IMG/VR virus record: IMGVR_UViG_3300046007_005839
Location: 1-58,610 of that record
DNA length: 58,610 bases
Direction: 5' to 3' (one strand)
Source of the DNA: a virus
Taxonomy: Duplodnaviria; Caudoviricetes
Each line of letters begins with the position of its first letter. Within the stretch, counting starts at the first letter, position 1. The notes beneath the pieces were generated by a model. It did not search any database. It was given only the letters and a program-made list of their open reading frames with translations, and was not told the DNA's origin. Of this stretch, positions 43,484-53,399 are shown in pieces. A program made the position numbers and the translations under genes.

Positions 43484-44026
43484 ATGTTCACAAAAAACCT
43501 ACCCAAGCATCTCTACCTAAACGTAGACACAGCTTTCACACATAAACATAAGCAAGGCTACATGCCTGCGATATGGTTCGCCATAACCTCAACGCCCGGC
43601 CGCGCATGGGGCTGTCATGTATTGCTAGAGAACGGAGCGATCTATCGCAACCTTCCGCTCCATGCGCTATACTTCGGCTCTGATATACTCCCCAGCGAAT
43701 GGCCTCTTGAACAATCTCAACGCTGGGATTGCTATGGTTGGAACTTCGAGACCATTGAGTACACTTATCTTCGCAGCCAGCGTTGTATGGCTAATTGCGA
43801 TGGTGACTATTATCACGGCGACTATCTCTTCACCGCCGCGCCCTTCGACGACGGCTTCAGTGACGATCCCGAGCAAAACAAAGAGTTCCTCTTTATCAAG
43901 CTCGACAACGGGCGCATCACCGCACAGCCCACGAATAAAGTCATGATCCTCGACGATAGCTTTCACAAAGCTATGGACTGGCCATCGGATCTGAAAGTCT
44001 CTAAAGAGGTTTATTCTTGCGAATAA
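43484..44026 (+). CDS. Conserved phage hypothetical protein
   Basis: 180 aa with GAIYRNLPLHAL...QRWDC...LDNGRITAQPTN. Confidence 0.8.
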   Translation: MFTKNLPKHLYLNVDTAFTHKHKQGYMPAIWFAITSTPGRAWGCHVLLENGAIYRNLPLHALYFGSDILPSEWPLEQSQRWDCYGWNFETIEYTYLRSQRCMANCDGDYYHGDYLFTAAPFDDGFSDDPEQNKEFLFIKLDNGRITAQPTNKVMILDDSFHKAMDWPSDLKVSKEVYSCE

Positions 44027-44028
44027 CT

Positions 44029-45021
44029 ATGCCCACTCCACACATCCACTGCCTGACCTCGCTTAAGGTCGCCGGGACAGGAAGCTTTCGTCTAGCCTCT
44101 GGACAATTCCTAGGCGACTACGGAGCGAATCTCCAGAATCCCGACAAAGAAGCTCTCGATATCTACATCGCCCCGCCGGGGATGACATTCGTACAGTGCG
44201 ATCAAAGCGGCGCCGAGGCTCTTATCGTCGCCAACCTTACGCGACCGGGGCGTTATAGAGAACTCTTCAACGTGGGCATCAAACCTCATACCTTCATCGC
44301 GCTGCATATCTTCTGCGAGCAGATGCAGAACGAATGGCCTCTCGCGGGGAAGTCGCCGAGTTATTGGAAAAGCTTAAGTCCGACAGAACTCAAGAAAGAC
44401 CCCGATTGGAAACCTCTCGACAAAGCAATCAAATCCTCCGACAAGGAATACAAGATCGGCAAGATGGTCTGCCATGCTTCCTCCTACAGAATGCGTGAGC
44501 GGACCTTTCAACTTCAAACCCTCAAGCAGAGTCATGGCACTCTTACCCTCAGTCTCCAAGAATGCAAAGTCTTCCTTGGCTTCTTCGCGTCACTGTTTCC
44601 CGAAATCATAGAATGGCAAGATGAAATTGAATTTCAGATTAGAACTAACCGTCAGCTCCGTAATCTGTTTGGATATCCACGCAGGTTCGAGCGTACTATT
44701 ACTGACTCTTATATCAGGGAAGGCATCTCGTGGGTTCCTCAGTCCACCGTGGGCTGTATCACACACCTCGCAGTCAACCGCTATAACAACGAGCGACCGC
44801 TCAAAACATTACCGGCGATTAACAATAAACATGACTCTTTTCTGGCGCTGGTTCCAGATGGGATTGTCAACGACACGGCGAAGCTCATGCAAGAATGCCT
44901 CGCGATCTCACTTACCGGCCGAGACGGAGTGAACTTCACCATGAAATCTGAGGCCCAAGCTGGAAAGAACTGGGGTAAGTATTTAAAAGAGAATCCCAAC
45001 GGCATGAGAGACCTCGCCTAA
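44029..45021 (+). CDS. DNA polymerase A, C-terminal polymerase domain
   Basis: RLAS...NLQN, motif A DQSGAEA, motif B KMVCHASSY, PQST and motif C HDS. Confidence 0.9.
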   Translation: MPTPHIHCLTSLKVAGTGSFRLASGQFLGDYGANLQNPDKEALDIYIAPPGMTFVQCDQSGAEALIVANLTRPGRYRELFNVGIKPHTFIALHIFCEQMQNEWPLAGKSPSYWKSLSPTELKKDPDWKPLDKAIKSSDKEYKIGKMVCHASSYRMRERTFQLQTLKQSHGTLTLSLQECKVFLGFFASLFPEIIEWQDEIEFQIRTNRQLRNLFGYPRRFERTITDSYIREGISWVPQSTVGCITHLAVNRYNNERPLKTLPAINNKHDSFLALVPDGIVNDTAKLMQECLAISLTGRDGVNFTMKSEAQAGKNWGKYLKENPNGMRDLA

Positions 45022-45051
45022 ACTCGGCCCAAGAAAAGCTCCCTCCGCTTT

Positions 45052-45279
45052 ATGCGTCAGACGAACGACCGAATAACCCAGATCACGAATGCGATCCGGG
45101 AGAAGATCAAAGAGTGGCCGCCTAACCTGCCGCCGCCCTCGGTCGTTATTGTACATGAGACTCATCTTCCCAGCGAGTTCGATCCGAACCTTGAGAAGCT
45201 AGAAGGTTTCGACGTAATCACCACACTACAAATCCGCAAGAACTCTGTAAGACTCGCATACTTGCATGAGCCTATATGA
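45052..45279 (+). CDS. Hypothetical protein
   Basis: 75-aa ORF between polA-C and the helicase. Confidence 0.6.
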   Translation: MRQTNDRITQITNAIREKIKEWPPNLPPPSVVIVHETHLPSEFDPNLEKLEGFDVITTLQIRKNSVRLAYLHEPI

Positions 45280-46525
45280 AGACTGGTGCTTGTACACAAA
45301 AGACGTACAAAGCCCGCAGCCGTTTGTTGACGCTGCGTTTTATTTCATGATCGGCGCCGCCCTTCAAAGGCGCGTCTGGTTCGGTGACTTAGACTTCCAC
45401 GCAGTATTTCCGAATCAATACATCGCTTTCATCGGACCCGCTTCGGCGGGTAAATCTCTCATTACGAGTCCGATGAAAGAGCTCCTCGAAATCCCCGCAG
45501 AGATCAAGACTCCAGAGAATGATCTCGCCGCAGAACTCCTTGGCGAAGATGCCTCAGACAACCGCAAAGGCGCACGTCAGCCTCTTATCTACATCGCTCC
45601 GAACAGCACGACGTTCGAGCAATTCACGCAAGAGACTTCTCGCGTTGCGTATTTACATCGCTATGTTGATGAACAGAACAGAAGAAAAGCCTATCATCAC
45701 AGTTCCCTCGTATTCATCCTCGACGAACTAACCTCAATCTTTAAGAAAAATGCCGAACAACTTTCAGACTTTCTTCTCGAAGCTTATAACGGTGGAAGAA
45801 AGTACGTCCGAAAACTTAAGCATAGCGACACAGACTTCTGCACGAATATGTGCATCAGTCTCTTGGGCAACACAACGCTCGGAAAGTTCCAAAGTCTTCA
45901 GAATCAAGATATTCTCTCGGACGGTTTTATGGCTCGAACGATTATCGTTTACGGCGTTGAAAAGCGTTTCCATCTTTATTCTATTCCCCCGCTTAACGAG
46001 GAACAAAAAGCGGCTAAACTTCGCTTGCAATCTTACATTAGGGAACTATCGAAACTATATGGCCCTTTGGTTCTAAACGACGAAGCCAAAGAATACATCC
46101 ACCATCACTTCGAACTTCATCCTTCTTTAGTCCACACGAACAAACATCCAATGCTGGACGAATACTATGGCCGCAAGAATCTTCATCATCAGAAGATCCT
46201 CTTTGCCGTACACTTCGCGCGGACGTTGGATATGACCGTCACTCGCGAGGACGCAGAGAAAGCCACGGCGCACCTCGCCAATCTCGAAAAAGATATGCAT
46301 ATCCCATTCGTCGGCATGGGCCGCAATGAGAGTGCAAAGATCACAGAAGACATCTGGCGCTTTATCAAAACCTCACATAGATCTACAAAGAAATCTATCT
46401 TCGTTCGTTTCTATCAATCCCTCAAAACACCCGATGAACTCACTAGAGTCCTCGATGACCTCACCACAATGGATAGAATCTGCCGTGTCAAAGAAAACAA
46501 CATTGAATACTATGCTGCAAAATAA
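45266..46525 (+). CDS. DUF3987-like P-loop ATPase (putative replicative helicase)
   Basis: GPASAGKS, ILDEL and DGFMART, with a C-terminal winged-helix-like region. Confidence 0.75.
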   Translation: MSLYEDWCLYTKDVQSPQPFVDAAFYFMIGAALQRRVWFGDLDFHAVFPNQYIAFIGPASAGKSLITSPMKELLEIPAEIKTPENDLAAELLGEDASDNRKGARQPLIYIAPNSTTFEQFTQETSRVAYLHRYVDEQNRRKAYHHSSLVFILDELTSIFKKNAEQLSDFLLEAYNGGRKYVRKLKHSDTDFCTNMCISLLGNTTLGKFQSLQNQDILSDGFMARTIIVYGVEKRFHLYSIPPLNEEQKAAKLRLQSYIRELSKLYGPLVLNDEAKEYIHHHFELHPSLVHTNKHPMLDEYYGRKNLHHQKILFAVHFARTLDMTVTREDAEKATAHLANLEKDMHIPFVGMGRNESAKITEDIWRFIKTSHRSTKKSIFVRFYQSLKTPDELTRVLDDLTTMDRICRVKENNIEYYAAK

Positions 46526-46961
46526 TAATAAAGAAGATTCTTTGCGTCAAGCAAAGATAGAAGAGATCCTGCGTCAAGCAACGATGAACGTAGGAATTGG
46601 TATCATCCCAACCACCAACCAACAAGCCAACAGACCAGAAAAAACCAACGCCGACCGCCGCGCAGAGTTTCTTGAGACTGTAAGAAACTTTGTCTGCAAA
46701 GACCGCAACGTGACCCATGGCGACGCTGAGGATAACTTCCGCGTTATCTCACAGCTTTGGAATGTCTATTTGCACAATAGCAAATGTGAGCCAGCCTCAC
46801 AAGACCTCAACTCCGTCGACGTTGCCATCATGATGTGCCTCTTCAAAACAGCACGCTTGATGGCCAATCCAAAGAACATGGAGAACTGGCACGATCTCGC
46901 GGGCTATGCAGCCTGTGGCGGCGGAATAGTAATGAAGAAACTTGAGGAAGAGAAACCCTAA
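46512..46961 (+). CDS. DUF6378-like protein
   Basis: DRNVTHGDAEDNF..I..LW...DVAIMM..K.AR...WHDLAGYAACG. Confidence 0.8.
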   Translation: MLQNNNKEDSLRQAKIEEILRQATMNVGIGIIPTTNQQANRPEKTNADRRAEFLETVRNFVCKDRNVTHGDAEDNFRVISQLWNVYLHNSKCEPASQDLNSVDVAIMMCLFKTARLMANPKNMENWHDLAGYAACGGGIVMKKLEEEKP

Positions 46962-46968
46962 CAAAAAG

Positions 46969-47003
46969 AAAACCCGCTCTGCTTATCACAGGGCGGGTTT
47001 TTT
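46969..47003. terminator. Bidirectional terminator at the convergence of the two transcription arms
   Basis: AAAACCCGCTCTG-CTTATCA-CAGGGCGGGTTTTTT between convergent stop codons. Confidence 0.85.
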
Positions 47004-47005
47004 AT

Positions 47006-50000
47006 TTATCTCAATCCACTCATTCCTTCTATCAAACTCTTTCGATACTTGTTCTCTTGTTCTCTCGTTAGATACCGTCTCATCGTCTCAGCCCCAGCGC
47101 CTTCCTCTGCGCCTTCGACAAAGCTCAGATATCTCGCTGCTTTCATCGGCTGCCTTTCCAACGAAGGCATGATCTGATTCTGACTTGTCTTATACTTCCT
47201 AATCCGGCTCGCATAATCTTCTCGTGATGTTGCGCTTTCACGGGCAGTTTTCACTAACTCAAATGCCTCTTCGCCGGTCTTCTCTGTCACAGAACCACGC
47301 TCAAACTCCTGCTCTGCAAGGTTCTCATAACTCACAGGGAACATTCCATTCGACCGACCAGTTCCACTCAGCTCTTCAAACAACCGCATCTTGCGCCGAT
47401 CAGCACTGCGTAGATTTTCCGTACCTTCATTCGCAATCTCGTCTACCCAGTTATTGGCGACGCGCAGCATCTGAGTCTTTCCGACAATAACATTCTCTCC
47501 AAAGCGTTGCAGCACAAGCCCAACATCTTCGCCCTTGTCAATCGCCGTTATGGCTCCAGCGAGATTCTTCGCAAGGTCTGTCGCCAATTCAGCGGCAGGA
47601 AAAACTCCCACTGCCGATTGAGTATCTCCAACCAAAGCATTGATTGGCATCATTGCAAGATCACCCGCAAAGCCAAACGTACCTGTCTTCTGGGCCATCA
47701 TCATCAATTTCTGTAGAAGCAATTCGCCACCATCAGTGCCGATAGTTCCTTCATTCTGCTCAGCCCAGCTTTGAAGCTCGCTCCAATTAACAGCCTTCGA
47801 TTCCTTGTTATTGAGCCATTCCTGAATCTGCTCAATAGCTCCGCCGCCAGCCATACCAACAAGCACTTGAGCAATCAGAGGCTTAAGGTTACCTTGCATC
47901 GCAGGCTCGACCGCAAACTTGCGGAAGTTATTCATCTGGCCCATGCTCCACTTGCTCCATGTCAAGTAAGGTGCGGCACCACCTTCAAGGAACCAAGCGG
48001 GCAACTGACGCATATCATAAGAACCTTGCATCATACGGCCAAACTGTGCCGCAAGATCCATGTCTGATTGTGTGCGCCAGTCGCTGTTGAGTGTATCCAG
48101 AAAGCGCACAGCGTCTTTGTCGCCCGTGGCTGCCTTACGCTTGTTAATGCTCACGATCATCTCGCCCTGTGCCTGAGCCAGCGTGCGTGCAACAGACTCT
48201 AGCTTGCTTGATCCTGTGATAAACCCAAGCCCGTCCAAAACTTTCTGCATATACTTACCAGCATCCTCACCCATACCAACAACTTGATGAAAGTTCTGAT
48301 GCGCATTAGGATTATTCAAACCAGACTCGATCGAGCGCGCCTGTAGTTTGCTCCAATTACTAAGCTTCTCAGCCATTCCACCCATGTAAGCACCGTAATC
48401 ACCAAGCCCAATATAAGCAAGAGGCTTCGTGATTGTGCCGCCCACGTCGCCGATACGCGAAATAGTCTGCAACGCAAGAGCACTAGCCATAGAGCCAAAT
48501 GAACGCACTGTTTTACCGGGCATCTGCAAAGGCTGTCCGCTAAACTCACGCATTACAGACTGCACGCTAGGATCAGGCGCAATCACATCCGTATTTTGCA
48601 ACACGCTTGCTGGGATATCTTGATCGTTAAAGAACTTCTTCGAACCCAATGCCGCCATAATTTCTGGCGACTTCTCGAAGTGTTCTTGTGAGGCATAGTC
48701 CTTAGCCGAACGTCGATTGTAATTCTCAAACACTTTCCGGAAGTCTTTCTCAATCCAGCTTTCCGGAAGCGGCCGACCCATAGGCTTACGAGCACCTGCA
48801 AATGTTGCCGGGGCAGAAGGATCAAAATTTTGATTTATAAGCGCACGCCTTTCTTCAAAGTCTGCAAGAGCTTTTTCTTGCGCCTTGTTCTGCTGCATTC
48901 CTTTAGACAGATAATCATCCGTCGCGTCGCGCAGATAGTCATCCTTGAGTTTCTGATATTCAGGAGTTCCAACTTTAGATGCTAGGATGTCTCGAACCTC
49001 GTCAGATTCCTTCTGACCAGGCAGCCAAAACTCGCTCTCAATACGATCACGCAAACCTTTGCCGCTACGAATCTGATGACCAGCTTTGTTGGCTTCATTG
49101 ACCCAGAAAGGCTTAGCCTGTGTGCGCCATTCATTATAAGCCGCCGCGATCGCAGGCGCAGGTGTAATCAACTGTTGATTCCTATATTCGTTATACAGAT
49201 GCGAAGTAAGTTTTGCCGCGTCGCTATAACTCAACTTGGAGATAGAAGTCCCAAGCGATCGAGCCTTACCGAGCATTGAGTCAGCGGTGTTATACGCACG
49301 AGTCATTGCGCGACCGACGGTTTCATAAATGCCGCCGCGCCGTGTGATCTGGTCGATCTCGCTGAGTGTTTTGTCGATGCGGCCTTTGACTGCATCGGCG
49401 GCTTTGCCGACAGGACCGCGTTGATAACGGATGTCAGAACTATCCGCAGAAGGCTCACTCTTGGCAGGCCCAAGTATTCTATAACCATCTTCACGATCAT
49501 TCAAAACGCCGTCAACAATCTCAGCGTTAGGATACTTACTCTTCAATTCCGCTATGTAATCGTGAGGATAAGGTTCAAACGAGTCAACATCATGGATAAT
49601 TTTAGTAACTTGTTCAGGCTTAAAACGTCCACGAAGAGCATTGTTATTAGCATCTATAACACCGCGAGGTGATTCAATCTCCATTACGAATGCGTCAGGC
49701 CAAATTTTTCCCTGCGCCATATGACGCAAGCCAGTTTGATCATCAGCGGGATCTTGAAAGCTTCTGTAGTATTTATCTTCGCTAGGCAAAAACTCCGGCG
49801 CATTTTCAATCCCAGGATATTTAGGGTTTGCTTCTTCGTAAGCTTGATATTTCTCAAAGTAAGCATTCATCGCTTTCTTTGAGTCAGCTTCTAAAGCTTT
49901 AATACCTTCTCGATCGTATGGATTTTGTTGCTTGTAATCTCTTTCAGCTTCTTGAGCTTGCTTTAATTGAGCCTCTAAAGTTTTTAATTCAGGAGGCTTT

Positions 50001-51820
50001 TCACCCCGCTGCATCCTTTCTTCTCCAACATCACCAGTCTTCGCCACAGCAACACCCTTCCAAGGCACAGCCTCAGTGGTCGCATAGTCCATCCAAGCAA
50101 GAGCGTCTTCGGGCGACATCTTGCCTGTGGCTATTCTTTTAATATTTGCTTTGAACGCAGCAAACCAAGCGCGCAACTCGCCACGATTAACATTCGGCAG
50201 TCTCTCACCAAACGCCTGAATAAGTCCTTCTTCGAGCGCAATGTCGTTAGCTTGCTCTTGCGTGATCTTGCCCGCCCGAACTTCATCCTGACGCGCTGCA
50301 AGCTCAGCCTTGTATGCTGGAGAATCGAGAGCAGTATCCATCAGCGAGCGGCGCATTCCTTTATTCGTCACGCCTCTAAATACATCATGACCGATCTCAT
50401 GAATAGCCGTATCAGCCGTGGCCATAAATGGATTGATGCGAATGACTCTATCACCAGTCTTCTTATCAACCAAAAATATACCACGCACTTCTTGACCATC
50501 GTCTGCAAAAGTGCGCTCTAGTTCAATCTTCAAGCCGCGACGATTAGCGATCGCATTCGCACGATTGATGTCTTCTTGCGTGATGCTGTTTGAAGCTTCT
50601 TCACCCGCGCGAGAAAAACGCTTTGAGATATCATCATAGATCTCTTGCGCGGCTGCTATGTTTTCCTGATTACCACTCTGCTTAGCTTCGTTTAATAGAT
50701 CTTGAGCAGCCTTTGCATCTTCTGTAAGAACAGTTTCACCGGGGCGACCAGAAACAACTTCACCTTCAGTAGGACCTTCAATCTGTTTGAAAGCGTTCTC
50801 CAAAGATTCGTCAGCTTTCTCGGCAATAAAAGCCTTACGTTCTTCTGGATTGTATCCAAGTTGTTTACGACCTTCATTAGGAAGTTGTCGTTGAGCAGGC
50901 TCAGCTTCAATAAAAGGTCGTTCAAGAGCACCTGGCTGACGACCAACACCTTCTGGAGAGATGTCAATTTCAACATCAGCAAAAGGTTGATTAAGTAGAC
51001 GACCAGACTCATCATACCTCGGAGCATTAAGAGCTCTGCGCTGTTGACCAACTCCAACGCTCTCAGGGCTAAGCACTTCAGCCGTTTGCGTAGGTACGGT
51101 TTGTTTTCGCGCACGAGCCTCAGCGAGATCAGGATCAGGAAGTCGTGCATTCTCAGGAAGATCCTGAAAACCAATAGCTCTACCAAGTGCAGTAGGTTTG
51201 TTGAACAATGATCCAAGCGCAACGTCAGCTGCAAAACGAGGCACAGAAAACTCGCCGCCTTCGCTCATGTTAACAAGCTGACCGGCGGTTGAGCCTGCGA
51301 CATTCGCCCCTACATTCATAGCAGGTGCAAGGAACTCAGGCTTAGATAAAGCTTCTCGTAGAGTCGCAGTGCCTCCGGTAGCAGGCCGCAACAAACCACT
51401 CAGCCCTTTAATTGACGGACGCATTGCCAGCGCATTCGGAGCAAAGCCGCCTAGATACGAATAGATAGGCTGATCTTGTTCTGCTTGAGCCATCTGCTGC
51501 AAAGCCTCAGGCGCATAGTTTTCTAAGACAGCCTGCTGAGCTTTCCCTGTTCCATAACCACCCAGAAGACCAGCACCCAGCATAACTGGAACGCCTACCA
51601 AAGGATTGGCTGCAGCAAGCGGCATAAACGGAGCACTTGCTGCCATAGCGCCACCAGTAGGCAACACACTACCCGCAAACGAAGTAAGCCCCGCTCGAAG
51701 CGGCGACATTACTTCTTTCTTTTGTACAGGATTCTCAAAGATATTACCCTGATCATCTACATCGTAGACGGTCGGATCATATCCGTTATTCTTCAGCCAT
51801 TGATATTGTGCTTGTGTCAT
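47006..51820 (-). CDS. Large internal virion/ejection protein with HExxH motif, variant B
   Basis: 1604 aa, last gene of the structural arm. AIHEIGHD zincin-like motif. Confidence 0.75.
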   Translation of the reverse strand: MTQAQYQWLKNNGYDPTVYDVDDQGNIFENPVQKKEVMSPLRAGLTSFAGSVLPTGGAMAASAPFMPLAAANPLVGVPVMLGAGLLGGYGTGKAQQAVLENYAPEALQQMAQAEQDQPIYSYLGGFAPNALAMRPSIKGLSGLLRPATGGTATLREALSKPEFLAPAMNVGANVAGSTAGQLVNMSEGGEFSVPRFAADVALGSLFNKPTALGRAIGFQDLPENARLPDPDLAEARARKQTVPTQTAEVLSPESVGVGQQRRALNAPRYDESGRLLNQPFADVEIDISPEGVGRQPGALERPFIEAEPAQRQLPNEGRKQLGYNPEERKAFIAEKADESLENAFKQIEGPTEGEVVSGRPGETVLTEDAKAAQDLLNEAKQSGNQENIAAAQEIYDDISKRFSRAGEEASNSITQEDINRANAIANRRGLKIELERTFADDGQEVRGIFLVDKKTGDRVIRINPFMATADTAIHEIGHDVFRGVTNKGMRRSLMDTALDSPAYKAELAARQDEVRAGKITQEQANDIALEEGLIQAFGERLPNVNRGELRAWFAAFKANIKRIATGKMSPEDALAWMDYATTEAVPWKGVAVAKTGDVGEERMQRGEKPPELKTLEAQLKQAQEAERDYKQQNPYDREGIKALEADSKKAMNAYFEKYQAYEEANPKYPGIENAPEFLPSEDKYYRSFQDPADDQTGLRHMAQGKIWPDAFVMEIESPRGVIDANNNALRGRFKPEQVTKIIHDVDSFEPYPHDYIAELKSKYPNAEIVDGVLNDREDGYRILGPAKSEPSADSSDIRYQRGPVGKAADAVKGRIDKTLSEIDQITRRGGIYETVGRAMTRAYNTADSMLGKARSLGTSISKLSYSDAAKLTSHLYNEYRNQQLITPAPAIAAAYNEWRTQAKPFWVNEANKAGHQIRSGKGLRDRIESEFWLPGQKESDEVRDILASKVGTPEYQKLKDDYLRDATDDYLSKGMQQNKAQEKALADFEERRALINQNFDPSAPATFAGARKPMGRPLPESWIEKDFRKVFENYNRRSAKDYASQEHFEKSPEIMAALGSKKFFNDQDIPASVLQNTDVIAPDPSVQSVMREFSGQPLQMPGKTVRSFGSMASALALQTISRIGDVGGTITKPLAYIGLGDYGAYMGGMAEKLSNWSKLQARSIESGLNNPNAHQNFHQVVGMGEDAGKYMQKVLDGLGFITGSSKLESVARTLAQAQGEMIVSINKRKAATGDKDAVRFLDTLNSDWRTQSDMDLAAQFGRMMQGSYDMRQLPAWFLEGGAAPYLTWSKWSMGQMNNFRKFAVEPAMQGNLKPLIAQVLVGMAGGGAIEQIQEWLNNKESKAVNWSELQSWAEQNEGTIGTDGGELLLQKLMMMAQKTGTFGFAGDLAMMPINALVGDTQSAVGVFPAAELATDLAKNLAGAITAIDKGEDVGLVLQRFGENVIVGKTQMLRVANNWVDEIANEGTENLRSADRRKMRLFEELSGTGRSNGMFPVSYENLAEQEFERGSVTEKTGEEAFELVKTARESATSREDYASRIRKYKTSQNQIMPSLERQPMKAARYLSFVEGAEEGAGAETMRRYLTREQENKYRKSLIEGMSGLR

Positions 51821-51825
51821 ATAAA

Positions 51826-53061
51826 TTAAAACATAGGACCGTAATCAACAACATTCTCAGTTCCTCGAGCAGCCTCACGTGCCTTCATACGTTTAAGAAC
51901 ATCAGGATCTTGCTGTGCTCCAGAACTAAACAAAGTCTTATAAATGTCAGTTCCTAAAGCACGCAAAGGATCTGTAGCGGTAGTAGCAGCTGAGCCAAAA
52001 GCTTCACCTGCACCACGCATAAAACGTGGAACAATAGCCGTGTTAGGAACTTCAGGTGCAGGCGGAGGCGGTTTGACAATAGGCTTACTGGTAAGTCTAT
52101 CAACCTCTACATCGCCAATAGAACGAGCCGGCGGCTTTGAGCCCTCGCCAGTAAGCATACGGAATCCAGCAGGCCGACCGGGCATTGCATCAGAAATGCG
52201 CATTACCTCAGGTTGAAATACGGCAAGGTCTCCTTCAGGAGTTTGGAACAATCCATCTCCGATACCCTGATAACGAGGTTTTTTTACGGAGGCTTCTGCA
52301 GCGGCTACTCTACGCTCTTCAAGAGCTAGTTTAGCGGCGTCAGCAGCTTCCCTACGAACCATGTCTGCATCTCTGAGAACATCTTCGTTACCTTCTTTAA
52401 GAAGCGCAAGATCAATGGCATTTTGTCGTTCAATCTCATCTTGAATTTCTTTATCTGCTAAACGTTTTTGCTCAATATCAAACCGACGCTGGGGACCTTT
52501 CTCACGCAAAGCAATCTCATCCTCAAGATCTTGCTTACGTTCAGCTCGCTCTTTTGCCGCCTTAGCATCCGCACGCCACTCAGCCCCTTGAGCCTGCTGG
52601 GCCTCAATGTTCATGCGATTCGATGGATCGCCTAGGAAGCTACGAAAAAATCCTGAGGGTTTATAAGGCACATTCTCGCCACCGATGGCCTTGCTAGGAT
52701 CATAGTTAGGATTAGCGCGTTCAGGAACTAATCCACTAAAATCAAGACGAGGACCGCCGCCTTGAATCATAAACCGAGGATCGACTCCCCGTTGAGTAAT
52801 AGGCTGCTGAGTCTCGACCCGCGGCGCATTAGGATCTTCTCCGCTCTCGGCATCAATGATCGGATTGTATTCCTGCGGCGAAGGCAAAGCAGGGCCGCCT
52901 TCAATCGGACGAGACGCCAGAGGCGCGCCCGCAGCAGCTTTCTTTCCCGAGAACAACGTCGGATCAATAGTCGCACGACGCTGAGGGGTAGTAGAAGGCC
53001 GTCTCGCATAGCGAGCCTGTGCAACATTCTGCCTAGCGTAACTCATGATGTCTTTAGCCAT
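51826..53061 (-). CDS. Putative internal virion protein, variant B
   Basis: 411-aa homologue of 2519-3757. Confidence 0.6.
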   Translation of the reverse strand: MAKDIMSYARQNVAQARYARRPSTTPQRRATIDPTLFSGKKAAAGAPLASRPIEGGPALPSPQEYNPIIDAESGEDPNAPRVETQQPITQRGVDPRFMIQGGGPRLDFSGLVPERANPNYDPSKAIGGENVPYKPSGFFRSFLGDPSNRMNIEAQQAQGAEWRADAKAAKERAERKQDLEDEIALREKGPQRRFDIEQKRLADKEIQDEIERQNAIDLALLKEGNEDVLRDADMVRREAADAAKLALEERRVAAAEASVKKPRYQGIGDGLFQTPEGDLAVFQPEVMRISDAMPGRPAGFRMLTGEGSKPPARSIGDVEVDRLTSKPIVKPPPPAPEVPNTAIVPRFMRGAGEAFGSAATTATDPLRALGTDIYKTLFSSGAQQDPDVLKRMKAREAARGTENVVDYGPMF

Positions 53062-53066
53062 AATAT

Positions 53067-53399
53067 TTATTCTACAAAGTTCTCACCAGCACTTGTCACA
53101 GCGCCAGTATGTTTCTGAATGTTTACGAAAATTAAAGGAAGGTTGTCGTTTTGTAGCCAGTGTCTTTCGCCCTTGCGAATATTATAAAGTCTGAAATCAA
53201 AGAAAGGCCACATCTTGGTGATGTGACCTTTGTTGATTACTCCTTTTCCAAAGAGCTTAAAGAACTTACCATCAAAGTCGTGATGATGTGGCGGGACAAA
53301 TGTCAGTGCGGGTAAATGCCAGAGTTCCACGGCCCAGCGGCCAACCTTAAGTTGAACACCGCGGCAGGAACGCCAGCGCGTTCGCCGTAGTAATCCCAC
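53067..53399 (-). CDS. Cupin-like small protein, variant B
   Basis: Homologue of 3763-4095. Confidence 0.5.
   Translation of the reverse strand: MGLLRRTRWRSCRGVQLKVGRWAVELWHLPALTFVPPHHHDFDGKFFKLFGKGVINKGHITKMWPFFDFRLYNIRKGERHWLQNDNLPLIFVNIQKHTGAVTSAGENFVE

Noticed and set aside
42619-44028. Group I intron or intein interrupting polA
   Set aside because: The interval is fully occupied by two ordinary genes, with no room for a ribozyme core and no intein terminal motifs.
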